A stretch of 64,000 nt of DNA from Bdellovibrionales bacterium (GCA_965219095.1 OZ244719.1:288001-352000); one strand, 5' to 3'. Counted from the first letter of the stretch, positions 1 through 11,163 are shown. Notes: generated by a model from the sequence alone, not told the origin. Made by a program: numbers and translations.

Positions 1-399
1 GTAATGATTTTTTTCCTGTAAACTAAAGATTCTTTTTGCCATCAGATCAACAGAACGCTCAAAATTTTTATATTCAACATCTACACCTACAGGTGATAAG
101 AAGCTATAGGCAATACTACAAATGTTACGAGAGTGAGATAAGTTAAAATAATACTTGTCAAAATTTTTCAAACTTGGTTTTCCATATTTGTTGTATTGAA
201 GTTTTAAATTATAAGCTTTAATTTTTGTCTTTTCAGATAATAATTCCTTTAACCTTCCCCTACAACAAAGATAACTCATAGATATTTTTTTATTCTTCAT
301 TTTTGAAAACCTTTCTAACTCCTCTTTTGTGAGACAGCTCTTATAGAACTTTTCATTTTTTTGAAGATTGGAGATTTTATGAATGTAAACTTCAAGCAT
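1..399 (-). CDS. Sfp-type 4'-phosphopantetheinyl transferase (partial, runs off window)
   Basis: Not in the ORF track; manual translation from ATG 399 gives MLEVYIHK...NKYGKPSL...YFNLSHSRN...SPVGVDVE, the GKP/FNxSHS/GxDxE motifs of Sfp PPTases. Confidence 0.85.
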   Translation of the reverse strand, partial: MLEVYIHKISNLQKNEKFYKSCLTKEELERFSKMKNKKISMSYLCCRGRLKELLSEKTKIKAYNLKLQYNKYGKPSLKNFDKYYFNLSHSRNICSIAYSFLSPVGVDVEYKNFERSVDLMAKRIFSLQEKNHY

Positions 400-648
400 A
401 ATAATTTTGATTTTTTTTAAATAAGCTCATAAAAAGTTTTCTTGTTAATTTTATCGCCACTCTTCTTAAGAAAGTTAAACCTTATGGTTCTTTCATACAT
501 CATTTGATCTAAAAAATTCTAGTTTTTTAGAGAAGCTCTTTCAACTCCTTTTTATAAAAATAACCTATAATGAATCCGAATTCATTTTTTAAAAAAAGTA
601 GGCTGGAATGCGTTAAGAAGGGATATAAAAACTCATTGAATTTTCATA

Positions 649-722
649 TATAGTGAATACGCTTAGATTTTCCGGTCGATTCTTTAGAGAAAAAACCTGA
701 AAACTTAAACGGAAGCACTATA
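649..722. mobile_element. 74-bp IS630-derived MITE, copy 1
   Basis: TATAGTG...CACTATA ends; near-identical copies at 44534-44607 and 48237-48309; one end matches the IR of the IS630 at 48310-49451. Confidence 0.85.
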
Positions 723-772
723 TGAACTGGTTAGCCTTTTATGCCGTTTATGAATATAATCATAATTACGTT

Positions 773-796
773 GAGCCTCTTTTATAAAAGAGGCTC
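773..796. repeat. 24-bp perfect palindrome (possible terminator or fused IS ends)
   Basis: GAGCCTCTTTTA|TAAAAGAGGCTC just downstream of the spondin-like gene. Confidence 0.7.
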
Positions 797-806
797 GTAG
801 GTTAAA

Positions 807-1498
807 TCAGTAAGAAATTTTTCGTACTCTTTCAATAATAACTTTTGCTACTTTTGAAGCAAAAGCATCTCTTAGAGGCTTTAGGTCACCTATGTTCAGA
901 AGCCCGGGGTGAGGGTGAATAAATCCTTCTCCTCCTTGTGTGCCAACTCCTGGCTTATTGCAGGGAGGAGCTGGAATATGACGACAAAGTTCTGTATTGA
1001 GTTCAGCTCCACTGTCATAAACAGAAGCTAGATAAATGACTTTATCTTTTCCAAAAGAGAGAGGGGCTTTGATAGCTAAAAAAGCATCATTTGTTCGAGC
1101 CAACATAGCTACGACAGATACCTTATTAAAGCGAGAACTGTCAGCTACAACTCGAATTTTAATTTCTGCTTTTTGTCCAGGTAAAATAATACCTTCTCCT
1201 TCTTGGATGCGAATGACTTTGAGTTTGCTCTAAGTTCATTACGAAGTTTGCTTGTGCCTCCATCTTGAGATAACTCCTTAAGACCGGAAGAAGCTTCTTG
1301 TCCTAAGTGAAATATTTGACTGTCTTGTGTATGAACAGCCACAAGGGGTGGAGTGATGGGCTGCCCCTTTGTAAGATTGACGATTGTGATTTTATATTCA
1401 TTGTGCTTGTCGCAACACTTTTTTTCAGAATCCTTGCTATGCGAAGCCAAAAGCATAGGACTAGAGAAAAAAAGTATTATAATGATAAGTTGTTTCAT
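807..1498 (-). pseudogene. Secreted spondin_N-domain protein, frameshifted near 1219
   Basis: Signal peptide plus YKITIVNLT..QPITPP..VH and MLARTNDAF..YDSGAE motifs in two frames; adding one A at TCAAAGTC (minus strand) joins them. Confidence 0.75.
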
Positions 1499-1862
1499 AA
1501 TATGTTCCTCTTAACTTAGTTTTTTATTGATTTTATTTTTATTTATCGTGATTTTATTTAAGTTCTTAAAACTCTCTTCAAGACAGATCGACATTAAAAA
1601 CTCAAACATAACTTACGATATAACCTATCTTTGACAGTATGAAAGAGATGAAAAAAGCTAACAACTAAAACTTCAGTTAAGCTAAAATTAAGCTCATCTT
1701 AAGATCTAAAAGAAGGTTTTTTATCTAATCTTTTATTCAGATTAATGTACTGATGTTTGAATTTTGTCTAATCAAGGCTTTTTATTTTAGAATTCATAAA
1801 TAAAGGGTGAAAAAATAACTTTTTTAGACGCACTGCAGTTTTATTTCATTTTTTATAACCTT

Positions 1863-2429
1863 TTATAGCTTTTGAACAGTCCTCCATTTCATTACTAAAT
1901 AAAAATAAGTAGGTACAAGAAATAAAGCCATCACAAGAAGTGTATAAAATACAGGGGAGCTAAAAAAATCCACCCAAGGTTTCTTTACCCCAGAAATAAA
2001 CTCTTCATAAGTTCCTGTGTAAGTAAACCTTTGGAAACCAGTTCCATCCCAACCGAAAAATAAAATAAAAAACATACAAAAGTGACTTCCTATCACTTGT
2101 AGCTTAGCTAAAAACATTCTTCCAGAACGAATGAGACGATAAGTCACATAATAACCCAAGACTCCAAGAGCAGAATTGGTTGAAGCAAATAAAAATACAA
2201 GCCAAGAAGGAATGCTTTTATGACCAGAAGCTACAAACATAGTTTCCCAACTGGGAAACTCCCATAACAAATACACTCCTGAAGGTGCAAACAAAAAACT
2301 AAGCCACATAAGAATTTTAGGAAAGTAAGGGTTAGACCAAACATTATTTGTATTTTTTAAGAATTCAGTCGCTGATAAAGTTAAACCTGAAGCTAAACCA
2401 TAAGACCAAAAAATATCAACCTGCACCAT
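1863..2429 (-). CDS. Uncharacterised integral membrane protein
   Basis: 188 aa, several hydrophobic helices, AGGAGG RBS, follows the ALDH gene. Confidence 0.75.
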   Translation of the reverse strand: MVQVDIFWSYGLASGLTLSATEFLKNTNNVWSNPYFPKILMWLSFLFAPSGVYLLWEFPSWETMFVASGHKSIPSWLVFLFASTNSALGVLGYYVTYRLIRSGRMFLAKLQVIGSHFCMFFILFFGWDGTGFQRFTYTGTYEEFISGVKKPWVDFFSSPVFYTLLVMALFLVPTYFYLVMKWRTVQKL

Positions 2430-2444
2430 AAAAACCTCCTTAAA

Positions 2445-3827
2445 TTAAAATCTAAAATTTTTATAAATCCTTTTTAAAAACTTAACCTTTTCTTCTGTAT
2501 AGGGAGGATAACGGGCCTCAAAATCATAATAGCTCAATTGCTTCATAACAGCCTTTTTATGGCTGAAAGTTTCAAAACTATGTCGCCCATGGTAGGCTCC
2601 CCATCCGCTATTTTTAACTCCTCCAAAAGGAAGATGAAAGTTATTTGCATGCAAAACAGCATCATTGATAACACAACTTCCACATTTTAGTTCTTTAATG
2701 AATTGATTTTGAATTTTCTTATCTCTTGAAAACAAATAAGATGTGAGAGGTTCACCTTGTAACTTAATCATATCAAAAGTTTTTTGAAAATCAGTGTATT
2801 CTAAAATAGGAAGTATAGGACCGAAAATTTCTTCATGAATACAGGGGCTTTCCCAAGAAGGGTTTAAAATCAAAGTAGGTTCTAAAAAAAGCTTTTCTTC
2901 ATTTTGATTACCTCCATAATAAACCTCTTGATGTTTTAAATAGTTTTGAAGTCTTTGAAAATGTTTACGGTTAACAATTCGTGAAAGAGAACAACTTTCT
3001 TCTGGCTTTTGTCCAAACCATTGCTTCAAAGTAGATTTTAATTTTTTTAAAAACTCATCACGTACATCTTTATGAATACAGACAAAATTAGGAGCAAGGC
3101 AGGTCTGACCATTATTGAGGAACTTACTCCAAGCCAATCGTGAAACTGCAGATTTTAAATGAGCATCTCTGTGAACCATGGAAGGGTTTACGCCTCCTAA
3201 CTCTAAAGTAACTGGGGAGAGGTTTTGGCTTGCAGCTTTTAGTACAAGTTTTCCAACTTGAGGATTTCCCGTAAAGAAAATATGATCAAAAGGGTGCTCT
3301 AAAAGCTTCTGAGATTCTTGAATTCCTCCTTTGACAACAGCTACATGATTTTTGGAAAAAGCTTCTGAAATCATCTCATACAACAATTGGGATGAGTGAG
3401 GGGAATGCTCAGAAGTTTTAAGAACAGCACAGTTTCCTGCTGACAAAGCCCCTATAAGAGGGCTTAGAGATAAGCGAAAGGGATAATTCCAAGGGCTTAT
3501 GATAAGAATAACACCTAAAGGACAATGGACTTCATAGCTTTTAGTCCTCCATAAGAAAAGAGGGGTTCTTACTTTTTTTGAATTCATCCAAAGCTTAAGA
3601 TTTTTTTGAGCAAAGCGAATCTCCTCTAAGAGAAAATAAACTTCACCAGAAAGAGATTCAACTTTTGGCTTTTGTAAGTCCTTATGAAGACAGTCAATAA
3701 TAGCTTTTTCGTTCCTTTGAATGACTTTCTTCAACTTTTCAAGACTATTTTGGCGATAATGAAAATTTTGTATAACATTTTGATGGAACAGGTACCTTTG
3801 GTTTTCAAAAAGAGTAGTAAAGTTCAT
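2445..3827 (-). CDS. Aldehyde dehydrogenase, ALDH3-like
   Basis: ISPWNYP, FFTGN, LELGG, GQTC, EEIFGP, LPFGGV motifs; likely start ATG 3827. Confidence 0.92.
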   Translation of the reverse strand: MNFTTLFENQRYLFHQNVIQNFHYRQNSLEKLKKVIQRNEKAIIDCLHKDLQKPKVESLSGEVYFLLEEIRFAQKNLKLWMNSKKVRTPLFLWRTKSYEVHCPLGVILIISPWNYPFRLSLSPLIGALSAGNCAVLKTSEHSPHSSQLLYEMISEAFSKNHVAVVKGGIQESQKLLEHPFDHIFFTGNPQVGKLVLKAASQNLSPVTLELGGVNPSMVHRDAHLKSAVSRLAWSKFLNNGQTCLAPNFVCIHKDVRDEFLKKLKSTLKQWFGQKPEESCSLSRIVNRKHFQRLQNYLKHQEVYYGGNQNEEKLFLEPTLILNPSWESPCIHEEIFGPILPILEYTDFQKTFDMIKLQGEPLTSYLFSRDKKIQNQFIKELKCGSCVINDAVLHANNFHLPFGGVKNSGWGAYHGRHSFETFSHKKAVMKQLSYYDFEARYPPYTEEKVKFLKRIYKNFRF

Positions 3828-4191
3828 GTATTGAACTATGAAAGAATATCTTAAAAAAGTCCATAAAAATGTACAAAAATGCCTTTTCTTTGTATTTTTT
3901 ACAAAAAGAAAAAATTTATTGATCATTTAATCTTTTTAATATATTATGCCTCAAATTAAGCAAGAAAATCTTAATAAAAAGACGGACTAAAGCTTAAGGA
4001 GATTTACATAATGAAGCCATTATTCAAAGCATCACTTACTAATTTTCTTGTTAAACCCTACCATTTTACTCATACTATCACAGCCCAAAAAACTCCCCAC
4101 TATCATGAGCAGTTTATGGATATCTGGATTCAATGAAAGAAGAAACCCAAAACAAACATGGAAAAATATTTACAAACAAAGGAGGCAAAAA

Positions 4192-7100
4192 ATGAAAAAC
4201 TTTAAACTCATTATTTTATTGGTTTTAATCTTACCTTTGAAGAGCTACAGTTTTCCTTTCGATAATTTCTCTAAAGTAAAGAAAGGGGTACCCGTTCGCA
4301 TCCATTCAGAAATCATACCTTCTAATTCAAGTCCCTTTGGTTCAAAAGCATTACAAAAGAAAGCAAAGCGAAATGAGATAACCTCTATTGAACAAGATGG
4401 AACTCTCATTATTAAAAGTTTCAAAAAAGACATTCTTTTCATTCCTAAATTTGATCTTCAAACTAAATCACTGGTCAATCACTATTTCTACGAAATCGGT
4501 TTTGATAGTTCCAGCAATAAAAACTTTAAAAGTATTGAGAAACCCTTAAGGCTAATATACTATTTTAAAGGGGGTCAAGAAGAAAATGACATTTCTTTCA
4601 TTCCTATTAGTACTATAGTAGAAGAATCTATAGAGGAAGCCGCATGGCAAATAATAAATAATGTAAAATTAGGCTTAAACTTTTATATACATCCTCCTGT
4701 TCATACTCAAAAGGAAATCACAGATCTTTCAGAAAATTTATTAAAACATGAATTTGAAATGTTAGAAAAAACCCTACTTTATCATATATATGATAAAGTA
4801 CAAAGACCTTTGACAGAAAAAGAGCTTGACACGTACTTAAAATATATAAGAAAAAAGCCTTTCTATCAAGATCAAAAATATAAACGTACAAATATGTTGA
4901 GAAAGTTTATCATGGGATCTGTCTCTCATAATAAACTTTACTCTTACAACAACGACGAACCTTTTTATAAAAATGTTGAAATTCAATTCTCCTCATCATC
5001 AAAAGAAATAGATAAAGATGGGAATGAAATTATCAAAATTCACCTTCATATGAAATTTAATTTATATAAAAAACAAGAAAAGAATCTAGCACCTTTAAAA
5101 CAAAACCTTTCTGATTTAATTTTTGAGACTTCTATACTCTCTTTGGCCAGTTTTTTAAGCTTTCAGAATGGAGTTGTAACTCAAAAGTTAAAAGAAGTAA
5201 AATCTAAATCTTACGAATTAAAAGAACTTTCTCCTCTCCTTAATTGTCAGCTTACTAATGATTTTATAGATTCCATGTTATACCTCAATGAATTGCTGTA
5301 TCAACCTGAAGCTACTACTTATTGGAGTTCTCGCATCCATAAAAAAAGTCAAGATGTTCATTTCCAAGGAGAAAAGCCTTTTATTATTTCTTCTTTTCTT
5401 GAAATTATTTCAAGAAAAGAAGAAATTGATTTTAAGAAAGGTGACTTTGAAAACTTTAATATATTTGCTCAAAAAATTCTATCTGAAAAAAATATTCTCA
5501 ATGAATTAATGCAAATTTTAAATCGCTCTTTTATACCTCTTTCAAATATATCAACCCCTCCTCTTTCATCCCAAGAAGTAATGCTAAAGAATTCTTCTGT
5601 TGGAAAAAATCAAAAAACGAATATGCTCATTGAAATTTTATTTACTCATAAAGACATCATTTTAAAAGATATGGAGTCCATTAGAGAGTTCATAAAAAGA
5701 AAGCAAGAAAAAAGGAAGAAGGCCTTATCTTCTTTGAAAAACTTTTACTTGAAGGTTTTTAATTCCTATGATGTTATTTTTCTTGAATCAGATATTAAAG
5801 AGTTTCATACACAGCTTTCTTTTCTAGATAACTCCACACGTCTATTTACAAAATCTATGTGTAAAAAAATTGTATCTTTTTATGCAAAAAGCCTATTAAT
5901 GTATAAAAAAAGATACAATGACTTGGAAAGTTTTATGAAACTTGATTTTGAAGAAACCAAAGACAGCTATAAACTTTCAGAAATTCAAATCAAAGAAATA
6001 AGCACACAACTTGAAGAAAATAATATGAAACAAAACCCTTCTACTATTTCAGAGCAAAGGGCCATAGCTGTAAATAAATTTAAACTCATGCTCAATACAG
6101 AAAATTTTAAGTATGAAACCCAAAGGCAAAGAGAAAATTTAATCTCTTATTTTCTAAGTGTACACGACCTTCAATTTATAGAAAAGCTTAACTTCTTGAG
6201 TGCATCTAATATAAAATTTTTAGAAAAGACCCACTTAACTTCTTTATCCGCATTAAATGTAGACGAACTAGGTAGTGAATTTAAGACCTTTGTTTATGAA
6301 ATTTTCTTAGAAGCCTTTTATCCTTTTGTTAACAAATATAATGCTTTCTTTCTAGATAGTCATTTTAAAGATAGCCTGACTGGTTCTTTTGCTGGTATAG
6401 GTGTAAAATTAGATCGCTTTGTAACTGGTTATGATAGAGTAAAAATTGATTTTGTTTTTCCAGAAGGACCTGCAGAAGAGGTCGGACTCAATGTTGGAGA
6501 TTCTATAACACATATTAAAAGTACTCCAAATAGTGCTTGGATTCCTGTACAAGGGTTAAGCATAGAAGAAATTATAGATAACATAAGGGGTTCCACAAAC
6601 ACTCCAGTTGAACTTAGAATTAAAAGAGGTGACAAAGATTTAGAAGAAGAGTTAAAAATCATTAGAAAACAAATTCAAAAAAACATATACACTCCTTTAT
6701 CTATTTTTGAAATAGAGGAAACTAATTCACAAACAGGTAAGACAAATACTCTTAAAGTAGGAGTTATAAAGGTCTTTAGCTTTCCTATGAATGTTCATAA
6801 AAAAATAGAACAAACCATTGATTTAGCAAAATCTAAAGAAGTTCAATCTCTAATTATTGACTTGACTTCCAACCCAGGAGGTCTATTAAGTGAGGCTATG
6901 TCAACTGTAGCTCTCTTTATTGAGAATGGGTTAATTGTAATAAGAAAAGGCTTTGGAGGTACCAGTTACTCTGAAGCTGTAAATACTCATAAAAAGTGGA
7001 CAGGACCTTTAACAGTTCTTATAAACAGTAAATCTGCTAGTTCTAGTGAGGTTGTAACAGGGGCTCTTAAGGATCATAGACGAGCCTTGATTGTGGGAAG

Positions 7101-7602
7101 CCCTTTTACTTTTGGAAAATTTACTGTGCAACAAATGAAACCTTTTGAAAGATTGTTGTCACATCAAGACTATTCCTCTGAACTCATGGAAAATTTAAAC
7201 AGTAAATACACTGCTAAAATAACAACAGATTTTTATTTTAATCCTAACGGTGAATTTTTAAATGGCAAAGGAGTTGCTTCTCATATTGTTCTTCCTAGTT
7301 TGAAAGACGATATGAAGAATCTTCTTGATGATTATAGTCAATCTATTACTGAACCACCCTATAATAGTCTTTACAATTATCAAGAGTTCATCCCAAGCGA
7401 TCCTCAGATTACAGACGAGAATATTCAAGTCATTCAAGGTCTTATAGAAAAAAAATCTGACTCTACTACTTATACAGTAAGACTCTTAGAATCAGGAACT
7501 TTATATAATGAGAATCTATTTGATGAAACCAATAAAATTCCTTCTCATATTTCAGAGGCCGTCCATGCTTCTTTTTATTTGTATAAAATGCAACAACAAT
7601 AA
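4192..7602 (+). CDS. Secreted S41 carboxy-terminal protease with PDZ domain and long N-terminal extension
   Basis: GGAGG RBS before ATG 4192, signal peptide, FAGIGV/GPAEEVGL PDZ, IDLTSNPGG, SASSSE, TFGK. Confidence 0.85.
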   Translation: MKNFKLIILLVLILPLKSYSFPFDNFSKVKKGVPVRIHSEIIPSNSSPFGSKALQKKAKRNEITSIEQDGTLIIKSFKKDILFIPKFDLQTKSLVNHYFYEIGFDSSSNKNFKSIEKPLRLIYYFKGGQEENDISFIPISTIVEESIEEAAWQIINNVKLGLNFYIHPPVHTQKEITDLSENLLKHEFEMLEKTLLYHIYDKVQRPLTEKELDTYLKYIRKKPFYQDQKYKRTNMLRKFIMGSVSHNKLYSYNNDEPFYKNVEIQFSSSSKEIDKDGNEIIKIHLHMKFNLYKKQEKNLAPLKQNLSDLIFETSILSLASFLSFQNGVVTQKLKEVKSKSYELKELSPLLNCQLTNDFIDSMLYLNELLYQPEATTYWSSRIHKKSQDVHFQGEKPFIISSFLEIISRKEEIDFKKGDFENFNIFAQKILSEKNILNELMQILNRSFIPLSNISTPPLSSQEVMLKNSSVGKNQKTNMLIEILFTHKDIILKDMESIREFIKRKQEKRKKALSSLKNFYLKVFNSYDVIFLESDIKEFHTQLSFLDNSTRLFTKSMCKKIVSFYAKSLLMYKKRYNDLESFMKLDFEETKDSYKLSEIQIKEISTQLEENNMKQNPSTISEQRAIAVNKFKLMLNTENFKYETQRQRENLISYFLSVHDLQFIEKLNFLSASNIKFLEKTHLTSLSALNVDELGSEFKTFVYEIFLEAFYPFVNKYNAFFLDSHFKDSLTGSFAGIGVKLDRFVTGYDRVKIDFVFPEGPAEEVGLNVGDSITHIKSTPNSAWIPVQGLSIEEIIDNIRGSTNTPVELRIKRGDKDLEEELKIIRKQIQKNIYTPLSIFEIEETNSQTGKTNTLKVGVIKVFSFPMNVHKKIEQTIDLAKSKEVQSLIIDLTSNPGGLLSEAMSTVALFIENGLIVIRKGFGGTSYSEAVNTHKKWTGPLTVLINSKSASSSEVVTGALKDHRRALIVGSPFTFGKFTVQQMKPFERLLSHQDYSSELMENLNSKYTAKITTDFYFNPNGEFLNGKGVASHIVLPSLKDDMKNLLDDYSQSITEPPYNSLYNYQEFIPSDPQITDENIQVIQGLIEKKSDSTTYTVRLLESGTLYNENLFDETNKIPSHISEAVHASFYLYKMQQQ

Positions 7603-7803
7603 TAGATCAGGGATTCATACAACCCTTATGAGTCCCTCATCACTACACTTGAAAAATTAATGTTCCAGTTTAGTAGAGCCTAACTGCAATTCACTGATAA
7701 CCTATAACAAAAGAAATATATTGCAGTTACTAGAAAACTTAGAAGTTATTCAGAAAAAAGGTTCAAAGGTTACATTTAATAATGCTGGATCTTTATTTTT
7801 TTC

Positions 7804-7841
7804 GGCTCCTCCCGGGAACCCACAGATTCTTTTGAGGAGCC
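7804..7841. mobile_element. Mini element of fused ISL3-like ends
   Basis: GGCTCCTC...GAGGAGCC; related sequences at 15584-15634, 40321 and 49654-49677. Confidence 0.55.
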
Positions 7842-7869
7842 AAATCTATTAATCTGTAGCAAAGGAGTT

Positions 7870-8103
7870 TCAAGATTGGTTTGTAGAAGTAAAAAAATCA
7901 GATTCTACAACCCTGCAAACCTCATGATTACAAGAAGTGCAATTTCCACGGATAATTAAATTCATTTCTTTGATATTCATTTTTTCTGTAGCTATACTCA
8001 CCATACCTTTACAATTCACACAATATACATTGTTGAGTATTTTTATTCTCATTTGATTAGGTAAAGCATCCCATATTTTTTTGGCTTTAAATGTCTGCTT
8101 CAT
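7870..8103 (-). CDS. Small CxxC...CxxC zinc-ribbon protein
   Basis: YCVNC and NCTSC motifs; ATG 8103 preceded by AAAGGGA. Confidence 0.65.
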   Translation of the reverse strand: MKQTFKAKKIWDALPNQMRIKILNNVYCVNCKGMVSIATEKMNIKEMNLIIRGNCTSCNHEVCRVVESDFFTSTNQS

Positions 8104-8112
8104 TCCCTTTAT

Positions 8113-8223
8113 GTACCACACCCCTGTCTTCAAGCTAGCCGTGACACCGCTCGCCTAACAGTATGGAGGGGAGGAAATGCGAAGTCACGGGTAGTTGATC
8201 GAAGAGACAGAGGGTGTGGGTAC
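8113..8223. other. GC-rich long imperfect stem-loop (candidate structured RNA/DNA element)
   Basis: GTACCACACCCCTGTCTT..CCGTGAC pairs with GTCACGG..GAGACAGAGGGTGTGGGTAC. Confidence 0.55.
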
Positions 8224-8510
8224 TGAAAACTCAATTATTTCAATGAATTGCACTTACTTGTGAAATAAAGTTCCTTTTTCCAAATGTTCCAAATGAAAGT
8301 ACACTTTCATTTCATTTCATTTCACTTTCATGCGGTTTTTTTACCTCATCCCTTCCTCAAAATCTCTCAAGCAAAACTCCAACTCATTATCCATAAAAGG
8401 AGAGGAAAGTTCGGTTTCTAATATCTCAATGCAGTAAGCTAAAATAGATGTCATTTAAGTTTTTTCCCGGGTTTAAAAAAAAGTTCTTTCTCTTCATCTC
8501 TCCGATATAT

Positions 8511-10433
8511 CCTGAAATCTGTTAATTTTGGTACTAGGTTTTTATTCGGCCCTCGTAATGCGTCGCATTAGTCAGAGGGGATTTTACAACTTAAAGCTGT
8601 GTGGGATTTCCCGAGTCACATTAAAAGCTTTATAAAGGCTCTTTTGCTTACCGGACAACTCTCCTAATCTTGTTTGTCCTGTGGCCAATTTATAGAACTT
8701 TAATTTGTCTAAAATTTTATAGACCTCTGTTTTTGAAAATTTCTTGTACAGATTCTTTTCTTTCATCACATTGTTTATGTGAGAGATTAAAATTAAAGCT
8801 ATAAAGTTAATAAATAAACTTCCTCTCATGGTTTGTAGCGAATGAGTCCTCGCTCGCTTTTCATTTATATCATGCTTGAAAGACAAAAAAATCTTTTCAA
8901 TGCTATCTTTGTTTCTATACAACTCTAAGATCTCATCTTTTGAAAGCTTTTGATCGCAATCGGTAAGTAAAATCAACACACCCATTTTTCGCATCTGCTT
9001 TTTAATATAATCCAAATCTCTCAAAATAAAAAAACCCCCCTTTTTCTTGACAACTGTAAAGCGCTTCTTGGCACTCTTTAAGGTTTCTGCTATGCACTCA
9101 TCGCACTCTTTCTTTGTCCTAAACTTCTTCTTAGAAAATCTTCGCTCAAAATAATCCAACTTCAATAGCATTTCATTTTTTTTAGACACCCTTCTCTTTT
9201 CATCCAAATATATATGAGCCATACAACGAGTCTTTCCAATTTTAATTTCTCGTTTGCAGTAAGAATAAACTTGACCACGGAATACAAACGAAGAGGGAAT
9301 TGAATCAACTCCTTACTCACAGATCCCAATAAAGCATGGGATAGACTCGTACTAAAGCTCATAGGGACGATATACGATGAAGCCTCCCTGTTTAAATCTT
9401 TTATGTTTTCTTGGCTGTAAAACCCTTTATCTAAAACAAAACACTTCAAATCTAAATTGTATTCCTTGGCTAACTGTAACACGCTCCTTAATGACACAAC
9501 ATCAGTAATACTGCCCGGATACAATCGATAACCCAAAGGAAGGCTTGAATTTCCTTTGCCTAAACTTTCCTTGCTCTGACTTAAAACTCCTAAATTGACT
9601 TGATCCAAAAACTCACCATCTCGATTATAACCCCTTTCTAAAAACTCATTCTTAACACCATAAGAAGATATAGATGTAATATCAAACATAAAAACTCTGG
9701 AGCTTTCTCTGTGTACACCAACCCACTCCATAAAAAATCTCTCCACTCTCTGCTCGTCTAAACCTATAGATAAAAGAAAATTACTTATGTCCGGTGAATT
9801 AAGACAATTCTTGGAAGAAACAAAGGATTCTTGACACCAATACGGATAAAGATAATAAGCTTCCCCCCTAATCACTTTAAAAAAAGACAAATAAAGAACC
9901 TTCTCATATTCTTTCGGAAAAACTTTCTTTAACACCTTCACTAAATTTAATTGCTTGCTGATCTCTCGCAAAAGATGCACCCCCCAACACCTACAGAACC
10001 TATAGGATGTTTGTTCAACTTGGCTTCAAGCTTCCCCGTAGATTGATTCTTCTTGCCCAAATAAACTCTTCTCTGACGAGATTGTTTTTTTTCTTTGTCC
10101 CAGTAGCTGCTTATCTCATATACATAGATGCTTCCATTTCTTTTCTCTTCATACCTATAAGACATAGTTCAAATTGAACTATGTTTTAGGGGCTTTGTCA
10201 ACTCCCTGTTGATGGCTCAAAACTCTTAACGACAGGATCAAATTTCAATCCAAAAACAGAGCCTATGAAAAACATAGCTTTAAAAAGACCTATAAAAATA
10301 GTGTGTTATAAGTTCTCCAGAAAAACTCAATGAGACTAAATTAACTCGTTCTTATGATTTATCAGGAGTATTCTGTTGAAAAAAAACAGGCTCTTAGTCC
10401 TGAAACCTAGTACCAAAATTAACAGATTTCAGG
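8511..10433 (-). mobile_element. IS1634-like element, transposase in three frameshifted pieces (8584-10165)
   Basis: ~30-bp IR CCTGAAATCTGTTAATTTTGGTACTAGGTTT at both ends; FDITSISSY, LDKGFYS, YRNKDSIEKIF DDE motifs. Confidence 0.88.
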
Positions 10434-10799
10434 AAGGTATAGGAGTATTCTTACAAAAGGCTTAAAAGAGCTTCCAGAATTTCCTAAGAAAAATGGCAAG
10501 AAAGGACAAATAAAGCATACACAAGCTCAGAACCTTTGGCTGCGATTTAAAAAGTATGAAGCAGAAATACTGTATTTTGCTAAAAGAAAGAACGTAGATC
10601 CTACTAATAACAGAGTTGAAAGAGATCTAAGAATGACTAAGGTGAAAAAGAAAGTGTCAGGGTGTTTCAGAACAGAAGAAATGGCGAAATATTTTTCTCG
10701 TATTACCAGCTATGTTAAAACAATGAGAAATAGAGGATATTCTTCTTTAGAAGCCATCTCTATGGCTTTAAATAAAAACTTACGAGAGTGAGCAGTTAC
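10434..10799 (+). mobile_element. IS66-family (ISBst12-like) 3' remnant
   Basis: Manual translation ...PTNNRVERDLRMTKVKKKVSGCFRT...; ends GAGTGAGCAGTTAC. Confidence 0.8.
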
Positions 10800-10884
10800 A
10801 GAAAAACAAGCTATTAGAAAAGGATGGTTTTTGGAACAAAATATGCTTATCCTATAAAAGAGGAGTAAAAACAGAGATTTAACT

Positions 10885-11163
10885 ATGAAAAGACATGGAA
10901 CTAAAGCCATCTTTACTACAATGATTTCAGTATTTATAAGCTTGTTTTATTTTTGCTATGGAGGAGATAAGCTCAGAGACCATCATTATGATAGTGTGGA
11001 GACCCATCATGAAAATATAAAAACTCTTAATCATCGTAATAAAGCTCTTAAAGTGATTGATTCAAAAAATCCTTGTCATAAAAATTACAAAAAAAATGAA
11101 TCTTATGATAAAAACTCTGACAACAAATGCTCTTTGAAATCAAAAGTAGATGGGAAAAAATAG
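10885..11163 (+). CDS. Small hypothetical protein with N-terminal hydrophobic segment
   Basis: 92-aa ORF, no recognised motif. Confidence 0.4.
   Translation: MKRHGTKAIFTTMISVFISLFYFCYGGDKLRDHHYDSVETHHENIKTLNHRNKALKVIDSKNPCHKNYKKNESYDKNSDNKCSLKSKVDGKK

Noticed and set aside
4048..4191. Longer start of the S41 ORF (likewise ALDH 3926, IS5 17313, IS1634 44768)
   Set aside because: Downstream ATGs fit the RBS or the family N-terminus better
8113..8223. Retron msr-msd, attC site or SRP RNA
   Set aside because: No reverse transcriptase or integron integrase in the window; GCCTAAC lies in the loop rather than at the ends; no SRP motif
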